64,000 nucleotides of DNA from Balanoglossus misakiensis (GCA_040954595.2 CM082576.2:1247403-1311402), one strand, 5' to 3'; numbered from the stretch's first letter, positions 28,321 through 41,580 are shown. Notes: a model not told the origin generated them from the letters alone. A program made the numbers and translations.

Positions 28321-31300
28321 TGACATTATGTACAAAAGAGGTGATTGCCTGAAACAGACAAACAAATAGACAATATAACATTTTGAGTGCATGAGTGGAC
28401 CATCACACATGGGTCATAATAAATCAGAGATATATTTCTATATATTCGTGAAAAGCATCAAAAAATCTCCGAGTTGTTTATCACTCCCATTCTACCGCAG
28501 TCCTGCTGTCACTGCATAGACTGCCGAGCACATGAGAGAAATTGGCCGAGCAAAGTTTCCAATGATTACAATTTACTCATTTCTCGCGCGTGTGGCAGCC
28601 TTATAAAGGAAATCTCGTGCAATACCTGCTTTTGTCTTTCCGTTCAATCCTTTTCGAAAACACCACTGACTTGGATCTGTACATACTTCTTTGTGGTTGA
28701 TGAGTTAGATACATTCTGGTCCCATCAGCTTTCTACCACAAAACTTTTAAGGGTCTTCCTAATTTTACTCAACATTAATTGCGGTTTGTTAACTTGAACT
28801 ATTTATGTGGATTATTATTTTCGTTTCAGTTAATCACCAGAATATGTATTCACAGAATCGTTTCTTTTATTTCTCAAACTTTTCTCACAAAACGTTGAAC
28901 TGTCTTGCTTATTTTCCCCTCACGACGATCTAGATGACTTTCATTAGCAAAGCGTGTATTGGTGCCGATTTTCGTCACGATTTTAATAGATTTTCAAACA
29001 GGGTAAAATTATATTCCAATTACTCGCAACTTTTTGACTTTACGAAAAATTTGCTCCAGATTTTATGTTGACATGTCTGAGATGGTAGAGTTGCTAATAA
29101 AATATGCATGCATGTGCCGACTTGATGAATGGGTTACGTCGTCTACTTGTAGCTCCATCATATATCACGATTTCCAGACAAGTCACCGGCAACTGCAGTC
29201 AACCAGGTCGCCGCTGAAGACCTTGCAACAGCGCCAAGACACTCCAACTACCGTTATCACCGTAGCCCCGAGCGATAGATTAGTATTACTGTTTTCTTAA
29301 GTACTTCAACGACTTTCCAAGTGACTTTCTGATAAAATTTGGCGATAGCCGCATCTACAAGAGCCTGGGGGAATCCATGACCCATTGAGTATCGCACTCC
29401 GGACAATTAGTATCTGTTAAAGCAGTTTAATGTTGTTTCTTTTGCTGGCTATTACAAATATACTTCACCGTTGCCCAAGGGAGGTTATAGTCCCGTAAGA
29501 GAAATGTTATTCTTCGCGGAGTCTAAAAAGTACACTTACACGCTTATAAAGAGATAGTTTACACTGGCTGAAACGGTGATATTATGATTCCAGTTGGGTT
29601 TGACAGTTGAAACTGTCTCGAGTTCTACCCCACACACTATCCTTATTGTTAGCTGGTGGATTTGAAAAGACCTGTCTTCGATTTCATTTTATGAGAACAG
29701 ACTCCAAGTCATGCATGGCGTCTTGCTTACTTTCAATTGATGTTTAATCTGTCGCCAACGCCAAAACCACGGCATTGTTTCCCCTATTATTCTTTGTCGC
29801 CTCCTGTAAAGAACAACAGAATTGATTGGCATGTTGTTCCCAACTACAGACCTGCAACGTTGCATGCGAACAATGCATGCGTCCAAGGGATGTATCCGAC
29901 ATCCAATAAACAGTTTCCTTCTCTTAATAGTCTGCTCCGTTGCATCATGGTTGTTCGTGAACACAAAGATGATTCTGTATATCATAGTTCAAATTTAACG
30001 GGATAGGTCCTCACATATCACGTGATAAAAATATTTCAACGCGCGTCTTTCTCGGTATTGGACTTTGTGTGTACTGATGTCGACTGTCATAATACCGTTA
30101 TAATTGCAATTATTGATTACCGTTATGCCTTAATCGCAACAACTCATAAAATTACCTAACTGCCAGGAACTACGGTAATTATTTTTCGAACATGCATGAA
30201 ACTGAATCGTTTCTGGGTAACCTTTTGTCTTGTGTCTGCATTCAGAAGAGGTGAAATCGATGAGCGAGACGAAAAGTCTCCATGGCTCTAAACACGATTA
30301 ACAGCACAAACGCCACAAGCAGACACCATAGACCTCAGAGGTGCGGGGAATGAAGCATATGACAGCTATCAAAGGGTAAAAAAACAACAGCATGAAATTA
30401 CTCCGCAGCAGACACCCGTGACATTAACGATTTATTTAGAATTACTCAACATAGGTACTTGGTCTGTCATTAATATATGACGTACATATAAAAGGCCACT
30501 TTACCATTGGATAATAGTTTACTTCATCTTTCGCCTGCAGGGCGCACATAAAATTGCCTGACCATGATCTGACGCCATGGATTTCGATAAAAGATACATG
30601 CCATTCCAGTCAAAGATAGTGTTGTGGTAACATTTAAAAGTCTGTCCAATAATATATGTCAAACTATGTCAAAAGACTGATGTTCATCACGCGCTTTAAT
30701 GTAGCTATACGGATAGCAGTAGTCTCGTCCTGCGCAGTTTGGATGCGCGGCGAGTGGCTTTTCTCCACGTCCGCTTTTTGGAGGAGTCAGACATAGCGTG
30801 CGAAGCCTATTCTCGTCCACTGCTCCCAGTTCGGTCTTCTTGGCTCTCTGATGAATAAACCGTCTCCAAACGAAATGACACAACAGAGACGTCAGGCTTT
30901 TACTGCACAAGACAGCACAGTGCCAGGAAATTGTGTTTTGACGGCGAAAAATGCGCCTTCTGGGCGTTGGAGCACTTATCTGAAGTAAATTTGGAAATTG
31001 GCCAGAACATCGCCGTGGTTTAAGTAATCGCCATAAACCTCGGGTCACCGTTTAATTGCTAGATGCATGGCCAAAATTCGATACTATTGTCTGTGTACAT
31101 TGCAGTGGGCAAGGATTGCTTTGCCTTCGCAATATGTAAAACGCCCAAATTGTTTGCTCGTCCATCAATCAACTTCGAAAACCGCATACCAACTTGCTAC
31201 GTAACTATACTACATGCTGACTTCGATGAGAAAGATACTTGACGCCGATCAAAACTTTGCCCACTCATCCTAATACAACCAGAGCGATCATCACCAAAAG

Positions 31301-34300
31301 ATCAGGGTAAACCTAGGAGGCAAAGTAACAATCACACGTATTGATTGATGTTAATGGTAATTTTTTCCATCTATCTCGGTGTTCGATATTTGCTGTGAAA
31401 GTGATAAAATATCACATTTTCGTAAGTTGAGAATGTTTTTTTGATTTGAACAGAAACGACTTTCCCATCGTACCGGTATAAGGAAAGCCTTGTAGAGTCG
31501 AGGCTTACAAAGAACTTGATATTTCAAAACATGGATTCATGTCTGGAAAAGTATGAATGTAGTCGTTACTTGAAACTGCAAAATCTTGTTTTGAAACAGT
31601 CTAACGCAAATGGCAAGACAGGGGAACGAAATTCGGGACGATTCGCCCACATTGGAAAGAGAGAAGGCAACAAGTCGTGTCAGCTGCCGCCTGTTTTTGA
31701 TATTTCTTTACATGTCTGGTTCGTTGACTTCCTCTCATCTCGCAAGCTCAACCTTTGTGTGCCATTTCTTGAGCGCCAGTAACCCGTTCTTCCCTCTGGT
31801 CAAAAGCTGCTTGTAAGTTTGTGTTCTGGGTGAATGCTTTCTCTATGGGTTATGTATACACACAGCCAACTAGCAATACAATGAGAGTACGGTGTCAGAC
31901 AATGTGTGACTCCGGCCAGCAAACCGCTACGGCACGGCATTCTGCATGTCTGCAAATGCCGTCCGATCGACCGTGGAAAAATAGAGACCTCCTGAGACTG
32001 ACGACCGTTTTAACGATGACAGCACCTTGTAAAATTCTTTTATAACATATTTGAAATGCTAATTCTACCATTTCGCTGAAACACAAAATCCACACATCTT
32101 GACTCGATACATGATAATGCAATAAACACCCACGGCTACAAGTGTTTTAAGAGTTTATTTGGAAGTATACGGTATTAAGTATTCTAATAAAGAAAAAGGA
32201 CTGTAGTTTCGAATTTCACGCGGAGTTATTACAGAGAAACGTAAGCTACTCCAAGCTGGGATTGTAAGAATTGGTGATGAGGATTTGAAGAGAAAAACAA
32301 GTACAGCCGCATTTCTCGACGACGTAGGAAAATAATAACTTGGAACCTAAAGGAAGTATGCCGTTCATTTGATCCATGCTCGCACAAAGACATTCTTTCC
32401 ATGTTTTGAGGAAAGTGTAACTCGGACTGAAATGAATATCACACACTGAACTCAAATTTTATCGAATTGGCCGATTGTACTACTGAATTACCTAGTTTCG
32501 CAATTTTTTTGAGTGGCAGAAAGTCGACACTATGAAATCTGACATAGACGTTTAGTGTCAACTGCCAGAGTAGACCCGTCGCAAACACTTCCATACTTCA
32601 GACCCCCCCCCCACCCATACAGTGTCCATTTTTCATCCTATGTATAAAGCGAGTTGCCATTGGACATCGACTGATACTGTCCATGGTTCTGTGAAACAAG
32701 CTGGAGGAATCTCTATCTCTAATGCATATCCCAGGATCATGTTCCAATTGTTACCTTCACCCTAGCCGCTTATGTCGCCCACTGAAGGACAAGGGGGTAA
32801 TTTCCCAGTATTTTCAGATAACCCGATGACTATCCCTTAAAAAGTCAACTCCACTCATCTCATTTACATCATGTTTGGGAATTTTCAACGGCTGAGTCAG
32901 AGACCGTCGAATCTCGAAAATGGCGCAATTGTCGTTCCCGTCACAATTAGCGATTTCTAATTCTTCCCTGGTGTCTACCAAGGTCACCCCAGGTCAAAGT
33001 CGTAGTTTTCCTCAGAGGCAATTCTGTAAGTGTCCTGCATCGAGGGCAAAGCTCATAAATTGCAGGCAGAGGTCTACAGGTGTAATCCCATGTGTAAATG
33101 TTATTATAACGTTGTTGCACTTGAAATAACTTAGGCGGGAAAATCTAAACATTTGCTTACGAAGCCGACTTTTATTGCGCCCATAATGTCAGAATAAAGA
33201 GACCTAATAGAGACTCTAAGCTAAATATTTATTAATGGGTTGCAGTATCTATCACGACAATCTAAACAACCTAGACCAATATCAAATTATTACCATCGGT
33301 ACAGACATCGTAAGTGTACATCAAAACATTCTCCGAGAGTTTGATGTCACGTTTGGATGTTTTATTGTGTCAGATTGGCCCCAACACAGACGTTAAATAT
33401 ACCATTCATAAAATTTCTACGGGGAGAAGAAACAGCTTATCCGAAGGGGAGATCCCACGACGGTCCTTCTAAAATGCAAGAACCGAAAAAAGTACGGGCC
33501 AGATATCAGATGCCGGTACACATGCCATTAAATGCGTATTTAATGCGTGCTGGTCGACCAAGGGTAGTAATTAAAACAAGCATCTAATTGTTTCTTCTTG
33601 AATCCACACAAACCTGACTAAACAGCGCCGACTGTCTCATCAAAAACACATTATGTGACATTCCAGGCAACTGTTATACCCACTTCAAGGTTCGCGCATT
33701 CAACTATATAGAATGTTTCTGATGTTAAAATTGAGACGGGATAACATGTGACACACATCATTGTGAATGGTCCGAGGGAGTTTGGTTTAAATCGACCGAA
33801 TTTCACCTTGGACATGAGAAATACTTTTGATGGTCGAGTGAATATTTTTGATCCTTAAAACTTCTGATTAGGCCACTCTCTGTAAATTTTGTTTTTGCAG
33901 TACTTTTCGTTTTACGTACAAACTGCGTTTTCTTATTCTACTCCGCACATCAAATGGCAAGTTTTCAGCTTGTCTTTAGAAAAAGTCATGTATATAATGT
34001 ACGATATAGGCCCTATGTGCGCTTTTACCAAGTGCATGTTTACAAACTACAACTGCGCATTTTCGGCGGCAAGGCCTTTCCATGTTCCTTCGACACAGCG
34101 ATTGGAGACAGCGGGTCGACCGGCCATCACCAAATCATGCGACTCAATGAAATGAACTGTTTCTGTGTACGACTTCACAAAAGAGAACACAGTCTTGGTG
34201 ACTACACCGCGATGGAACGAGGTCAAGTGTTTGGCTAGACAAGAATCTGAAACTTGACAAGTGACCCAAATCTGACCTTCGGTAGTTTCTTGAGCTGAAA

Positions 34301-36059
34301 CTTGTTCGCAAGTAGCCATTTTCTGCTTTCAAGACCAAAAAATCTGGCAGACCGCTAGCTAGCCCTCCGGATAGACAAGATTTCACATTACATCCCGAAC
34401 AAGAGAAACTTGATAGACAAGGTACCAATCTTCTCTCTGAGAAATGGTGTTTTTATTTCTCATCTTGAATTTCACGAAACCTGGTTTGCTCTCCACTTGC
34501 TCTTTAGTTTCACTGAACACAGAGAGTCGATAAGTCAGAAATAAAAAGGAAAGAATGTTGAACTAATCTCCCCAGCAATAAAGGTTGCTACATAAACTCC
34601 GGGAGGTATTGACTGATGTATAAACACAGACTATGAGGGCGTGATTTGTCCGGAAAACCTCTGGGCAAGTCATGGCCATATTAGGCTCACGTTTAACTTT
34701 CCGGGGCATTTTTCTGGCAGGGGAGAAACCAAGTTGAGGATAACCACGGATTGAATGGAATGAAAATTGGCTGTATAAACACCAAGCTGGTGGTCTTTAT
34801 CTCATCAATTACATTCTGTGAGGGAGACTTTCTCCGTAACATCATCTAACAAACACACCAACTTTTCTCCGGGGACAAAAAGTGTCCGTTCAAGACAGTA
34901 CGGTAGTATTCTCGGGCAACGCAGTCAAACCACAGACAGAAGAGCTGCTTCTGCGGTCTTTGGTCAAACACACAGCTGAAATTGTCTCAATATCTCCCGC
35001 GTTGCTGATGAACTTCAAGTATCGGTAACATGATAGAGGACGCTGTATGACAGACAGAAAGTCCCCAGAAACGACTTCTCGTCCCGCATAAGACTTATTT
35101 GCAAGCCGTAAGTGCAACCAGTATCCTCCACATATATTCTGTCAATTTTCATCAATAATAATCACTCAATGACACAAAGCTTGAAAAGGATTTGAAATGC
35201 GGCCCTACATTAGATCAGTGTATTGTAGGATAAATCCGACACCCACAAACAAGTTGATTTAAGATATTCCCCGATATGCCCTATGGCTCCGGTTTAAACC
35301 CACACAGAGAGAAATTTTAGCACTGGTTACTGAATATGGATTTTCGTGATATAAATCGGAAGCACTCACACAAGAATATTCTATTAAAACTTACACGTGA
35401 AATTATCTTTCATTTAGTGAATCCATTGTTGCTGCAGGGAGTCAACTTCTGCAACTCATTAGCCAGTCTAAAGTCAGGGTACATTCCATGTAATCGTTGA
35501 GGGCGTCAAACATGGATTTTAAGACCTCATTTTTCCTGTCGTGTGGCACGTGAATATGATAGTCTGCAGGAAGGAAACATCTACTGGTTTTCGTTTGTCG
35601 CCAGGGAAGAAAGCTTCTTTTGGGCGATCCCGTAATTTTGCTGAAATATGTAGTGAGAGACTGTTGGTTTTAGGCTACCTACTAACATCTAAAATTGAAT
35701 ATCAGTCACACACTTTTAGTAACTGTATCACCGAGATTCTTTTTGCGTTCAATTTAGGGAGGAGATCGAAAACTATCTGACAAAGCCTCAAAGGTATACA
35801 AGCACAATGTTACATTTACTCATGGTAACTTTGTCCCATCACCGCAACGTCACTTTAACACCAAAAGAATACATTTTTCTCTTACAAGTACCATGCATCG
35901 CAACATTCTCTCAGGAATTAAACGCACAGAAAAACCCTTAACGTCTATACCGGGAATAGAACCAGAACTCTCAGACCATGTAGCTGATATAATCGAATTC
36001 TAGCAATGAGCTATTGCACATCGAATTCAGATCTTAGCCAGGCATTGATTCAGCATAGT

Positions 36060-37208
36060 TCATAAATATTCATACTTGCAAATTTCAGAAACAGTAATGC
36101 GACCACCTGTTGCTTGCCCCCACCTGTTTAAAGGCCCACATTCCTTGACCCGGGGCCCAAGAAGGAAAGTGATTTGATGTTTACTTACCACGTGACCTTT
36201 ATGGCTGCCCCACCAAGGATACTTTCCATGACGCATCTGTTGATGAATAGCGGAACGTGGCCAACTGGCATGTCGAGAACGTCTTGAGCTCGCAACTCGG
36301 ATTTTGCATTGACGATGACTTGGTAGAATCTCTGGGAAATCGACGGCGGCATCCAAACCATCAGAGCGTTCTTGTCTCGTCGCCTGATGTTGTCTTTCTT
36401 GATGCAAAGGGTCATCAAATGTGGTGGACATATTTCGAAATGTTGCCAACTATTTTGAAACACAAAACAAAAACAAAACATGGGTTTAGATTTTTTAGTA
36501 CTTATAACCCTGCGTACAGGTCTGTGTGTTCCCGGCGTTACATGGTGGAGGCCGTATAACGCCGGGAACACACAGACCTGTACGCAGGGTTATTATGTAC
36601 TCAGGCTGCAATGTACTAAAAGACATCCCCTATTTATAAATCATTTTGGTAAGGCAGAGATTAACTTACCCGGTAACCATGGAATTCGTTATGGTTATTA
36701 CAGCCCCTGCCTCAACATCCTTCACCCTTAATCGCTGTTGACGACAACTCATTACATCCTGTCCGATCTCTTCTTCTCTACGTACGACCTTTGACCCTGG
36801 AAACACCACCCGACAACTCCTCAAGACATCGTCGTCGTTTTGTCGTCGTTTGAATTCGGAAAACCACTCCGAGGAGATTTCGTCGAAGTTGCCGTCAGCG
36901 ATAACACGGTTATTCTTGACCATGAGTTCCTTGACGACATCAAACAATTCTGTTCTTCTAAAACCGCGTCCCTGTCGTTTCCTTTCCTTGCACCAAATGT
37001 AGAGGGCTTTCTCTTCTCCCGTTGCTAGGATATTCTTGGTCTGACATTTCAAGATCCGAAGTTGTATCGGTGACGGGTTCCCGAGCCTTTTCCGAAGAAT
37101 ATTTACACCGATGCCCCATTTGGCTCCTGCTTTTCTCGCTGCCATCCCTTGTTTGATGTCGTTCATGGCTGCCTTTCGTCTTTCTTCGAAAAAAGTAATC
37201 TTCAGCAT
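36060..37208 (-). CDS. Spliced gene with N-terminal HTH_psq + CENP-B/Tc5-type HTH DNA-binding domains (pogo/Tigger transposase-derived); 3' exons uncertain
   Basis: Exon 37208-36670: EERRKAAMNDIKQGMAARKAGAKWGIGVNILRKRL ... ILATGEEKALYIWCKERKRQGRGFRRTELFDVVKELM ... SSEWFSEFKRRQ fits the tandem HTH pattern. Start context is CAG|CCACCATG. It splices in frame (GG|gtaagt) to 36449-36189 and 36123-~36075. Possible further exons near 35945-35886, 35776-35714 and 35138-34890 are not firm. Confidence 0.75.
36504..36593. mobile_element. Miniature inverted-repeat element (perfect 37-bp arms, 16-nt spacer, TA-flanked)
   Basis: ATAACCCTGCGTACAGGTCTGTGTGTTCCCGGCGTTA (36504-36540) and its exact reverse complement (36557-36593). 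The MITE identity is inferred. Confidence 0.8.
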
Positions 37209-38456
37209 GGTGGCTGATAAAAGGGGGAAATGTTACTGATCGAATTCATAAAACACCTTTCAAAACTACAAATTTGTATCTGGCGTCTTTGACGGATGCC
37301 AGTCCACGAGCGGGTTTGAATTTATCAGCTCGACAATAACCTTTTGTTTGACACCTTTTGATACTTTGCTGGTCGGTATGCACACCTGGTACAATGCTAA
37401 ATGTGTGAGGTGATACTAATTAGGCCTACAGCATTTTGTTTATAACTGTCAATGCCTGGACAGAAAGAATTGTACTGTGGTATTGCACAAAACAAGAAGT
37501 CAATAACCAACGGTTTCAATGTAAAACATACCTCCATAGCTATTCATAGCCATTCATAATTGTCAACCTATGCACCCACCCACGCACGCAAACTCGTGCG
37601 CACGTGGGACCACATATTCCGAGAGTAGTATAACTAAAAGTAAGACGCAAATATTATGATGAATTCGACGTGTTTTACATTATGAGTGAAAAGATGTATC
37701 GATCTTTATGCACTTACCTTTTAGTTATAACTCTCGGCTATGCTCTCGGGCTTTTTGAACAAAGGGGAGCTGGGGGACTATTTCCACGCCGCGGTTACCA
37801 GTACATTAAAATGTGATGAATTGTTGACAGTTGACACCTCAATTGACTCCCAACCGGATACTATTTTAACCCCTGGGTTTAAGTGAGGTGCCCTGTGAAC
37901 CCGACTATACGATCCAATAATATGTAACCCTTGCAACGTATAGTATACAGTCATCTTCGTTAGCAAAGGTATGTTTATTTCAAGAGGGGGGGGGGGCTCC
38001 CGAAAAAAACAGGGAGACTGTACCCAGCTATAGCAAAGCCATGCGGACTCAGTATTCCCCCCCCCCTCCACCCCCATCTATCATGAATATGTCGCCATTG
38101 TGAGGACCAGTACACTCGTTTATTTATTTTCATAACGCCGTATATTATGAAAAACATGTTGTACCAGCCGATACCACTACTATGGTTTTAGTGAAGCGAA
38201 CGGGTTAGAGAAACCAGCCGTCATTACGAGCTTGAACCTTCACGTACGTCGGCTCCGGCTTGAAAAACAAGAGTATATAAGTTTGGACGTTGGGGGCGTT
38301 GTTCACAACTACATGAGGTAGTGGGGGATATGACAGTAGTAGAACATGAAAAATAACCGGCAACATTGGTGATTACAAAAAAACACGACTGATGAATGAT
38401 TTACTGGAAGAAAATATGAACTTTAATGATGATTCGGTTACATGATGCATCTTTAG

Positions 38457-38481
38457 AAGAACAGAACAGAACAGAACAGAA
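38457..38481. repeat. (AGAAC)n pentanucleotide microsatellite
   Basis: AGAACAGAACAGAACAGAACAGAA seen directly. Confidence 0.85.
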
Positions 38482-39571
38482 AGTACTTAGTTCAAATAAC
38501 ATTTTAAATTTTCCCATTTAAATTTTCAGAGTGTCATCTGTTTGCTTTGCATACAGCCTTCAGTAATATTCCAAAATTATATATCTCTAAACATATTCTA
38601 TTTTCTGCTAATTTTACAGATATATCTACTATGTGCTATGAAACCTTTTAGACTCTTATCAAGATAAAAAATATTGACGCCAATTTTCTTATGTTAATGG
38701 AACTATAGTGTTTTTTTCCCACTCATGATTTGTAATTTCTCTGGTGTCATGATTAAAGACAGGAATATAAAAACAGTGTAATATTGATAAAAACATTGTT
38801 TTCTGGAAGAAAAACTGGCTAATGACTTGATTGGTCAGACCGGAGACCACAGAACAACAAAACAAAATCAAATCTTCTTTCCTTTCAATGTATGGTGCAA
38901 CGTTATCAGCACAAGGCCATAATTGCTCTTGTGGTGATCCCACCTACTATTATGTACATCAACAAGTATATATACCAATGTTTTCCATTGACCTCTGTCA
39001 AGATTCAAAACTAAAAACCTTTACCAGTACTAGTGTATAATTAAAGCAAATAATATGCATGCACACATATTGGTTACAATCACAGCTTCTACAGCTAGCT
39101 CCATAAAAGTGTCACCAGTTTGAGCTCTTTCTCCTGTCTAATATTGGACAGGATTGAATAACCACTTAGTTGGTTCCGTCAGAAGTTGGAAAGGATGGCA
39201 TCCAAAGTCACAGCATTGCCTGCTCTTACAGTTATTCAACACAACAACAAAGAATACATTTCTGCATATAATATTTAACCATGTGACCTTTTGCCAGATA
39301 TAAAGTTCTTTCCCTGTGGGTTTGGTGTGGCCTCCTTACTTTTCCACCGCTTGAATAACACTTGCAGTATATTTGAAGGATTTCTTTGTAACATTGGACT
39401 CAAAGCTCTCCCATTAAATGGGTAACAAATTGACTCAAAACATGATCGCTTTCTTATATAACTAAATCACTACACAAATGCATCAAAAAGAGCAACATGA
39501 TTGATAGAACATAGCTATGAATGAACTGTTAAGTAGAAAGTATTGAAAAGTTACTATTTTGGTGAAATATG

Positions 39572-41435
39572 TCACGAATCATAATCTTCATCATCACTGT
39601 CATTATTACTTGTTGTCTGCAAATTGCCCATTGCACCACTGGACGTTGGTTGCACGTGATACATCTGTGGGATGTAGGACGACTGCTGTGGCATCATGGG
39701 TATATGAGGTATCTGAGGCATTGTGGGTAATGTTGGTGTGGGCAGAGATTGAGGTAGGCTGTAACAGCTTGTGCTTGGAGTACTAGCTGCAGCTACACCA
39801 GGCATAGAATGATGTGTTGCTTTCATGGATAATTTGTCATTTGAATCCTCATCCTCTGATATATCGGAATCCGCCTGACAAGAAAATAGAACAAGAATTT
39901 ACATGCATTGCTGTAACTCTTTTGAGTGATTTACTTTGTGGTGGCTAGTTTTAAATACTCAAAACTGGAAACTGAATATGTTGTAAGGTAACAGAAATTC
40001 ACCTTTTATATCATCAAAGCTACCACTTTCCACTATACCAAGAGCAATAAGATAAGGAAATAATAGTATTGCACAGACATATAAATATTTCCTTCTTTGG
40101 GATACATACCTCTACTGTAGATTCCCCTGAAGATGATGATCTTGTATTTGATTTACAATTTTGCATTCTTCTCTGCCTGTAAGGATATCACAAGTATAAT
40201 CTCAAAGCTCAGTAATTGAACATTTTGTGATACCCGGAGAATACGCTGTTCAAACCTACCCTAACCCTATATGTGCCACACACTAACCTTGCTTTCTTAG
40301 TGTTGTTTCATTAAGTATCAAGGAATATACCATGAAATTGCAACTTACCTCGACTGCTTGGGTTTGACCTCTGACCCTGTTAATCCTTCCTCTTCCTCAG
40401 CTGTTATGTCCGGAATGTTCTGCACCAGGTCTTTCAAGAAGTCAAACTTACTTTCATTCAGAATTCCTAGTTTTCTGAGGAAAACCAAATGTCATGTTTC
40501 AATGTTAAATTCTATGCTATCAGTGAAAATGTAAAACCTACACACAATTGTATATGCTACTTGAGTATAAAATTCTGTATGTTTATCTAGTCTTGAAAAT
40601 TATTAAATTGGACCATTCTTGCATGCAATATCTTAATACTTACATGTGAGCTGTTGTCATTGTCTTGGCGTTTCTTGCTTGTGTTTGCTCATTTGCTTTT
40701 GTTATCAAGGACTTTACAAAAATTTCCAAGGCTTTAGCTGTAAAGTTAAAGAGTCAAGGACCATCACGGTATTGAGAAGTGTAAATGTAACTGATGTGGA
40801 CTGGACCTTGAAATGTCAAGTCCTCAACAGTACACATCTTCCAAACTGCCAACTACAATGTATTTCGGTGCTTAACCACAGCACAAGTGCAAAAGTTACT
40901 GTTGACCATCGTTTCATATATATGCAATGAGATGTCTCAGATATCAGACCTACGATCAACGTGGAAACGCAATTGCGGAATCCGCCTAACCTCAGGGACA
41001 TTGACCATGGATATATACCCATCTTCTTATGATGGTCCAGACCCGGGGTCCAGGTACACTCATGCACTGGCAACACACCGCCTGTTGCACGGTGCATCAA
41101 CAAAACACAAACAACTCATATTATACCATTCTTCGGCGACACAGTGACTAAAGGCTTCTGGTAGGACACCATGGAGTCAGGTATACTTTACAATTACAGT
41201 AGTCAATTATTTCAGCGATAACGATAAAAGGATACAGATAAGAACTGGCACAGGAGCTGCAACTTTCCCTACATCTTCATCCGTTTGCATTATCTTCTTA
41301 ATCCTTGCCTGCGGGCAAAAAAATCGACAATTCATTTATCACCACACGATACAAATATGCAATATTAAGCTGCAGCTAATGAAAATAGCTTACCGGTGGA
41401 AATCGCGAGTTATACTTCTTCTTTTTACTCGGCAT
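39572..41435 (-). CDS. DRAP1: Dr1-associated corepressor / NC2-alpha (histone fold), 6 exons
   Basis: Exons 41435-41394, 41308-41236, 40737-40644, 40474-40349, 40176-40110 and 39874-39572 give [87 protein letters not shown]..., with a Pro-rich/acidic tail ending DSDDEDYDS as in vertebrate DRAP1. Confidence 0.97.
40738..41235 (-). other. U12-type (minor spliceosome) GT-AG intron of DRAP1
   Basis: 5' site GTATCCTTTT at 41235, branch site TCCTTGAC (40760-40753) 15 nt before the 3' end, and no long pyrimidine tract. Confidence 0.92.
40783..41185 (-). ncRNA. Candidate intron-hosted structured RNA (H/ACA- or scaRNA-like; family not recognised)
   Basis: Several consecutive stems whose G-U pairs work on the minus strand, a possible H box (ATATGA ~40919-40914), and a terminal hairpin followed by ACA (40788-40786). 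Folded by eye only. Confidence 0.45.
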
Positions 41436-41580
41436 TATTATAACCGTGACCGTATGTCCAGCACTGCAGTGCGTCTTTCGCTCTGACAGCGACTCCCGGA
41501 AGAAAAAATATATCCTGAGCATGCGCAATTGAAATACTTGTGAATAGAAACAACGAACAAACAAAATATGTGATTGGGTA
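41436..41580. promoter_or_regulatory. Compact bidirectional promoter (DRAP1 / Spc25-like gene)
   Basis: Divergent ATGs at 41435 and 41675, with an ETS-type CCGGAAG (~41496) and an NRF1-like GCATGCGCA (41519) between them. Confidence 0.65.

Noticed and set aside
28474-34430. Short ORFs downstream of HLX
   Set aside because: No motifs or consistent splice chain; most likely non-coding flank. Enhancers cannot be shown without alignments.
36666-37208. Autonomous Tigger/pogo transposon
   Set aside because: No contiguous DDE domain or TIR pair seen; the ORF is bounded by splice sites.
40255-40268. CCTACCCTAACCCTA as telomeric repeat or telomerase template
   Set aside because: Only about two imperfect units inside a short DRAP1 intron, on the opposite strand to and separate from the structured RNA candidate.
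40646-41147. ORFs 40646-40930, 40816-41103, 40887-41147
   Set aside because: Antisense to a DRAP1 exon or inside its U12 intron, with no recognisable protein features.
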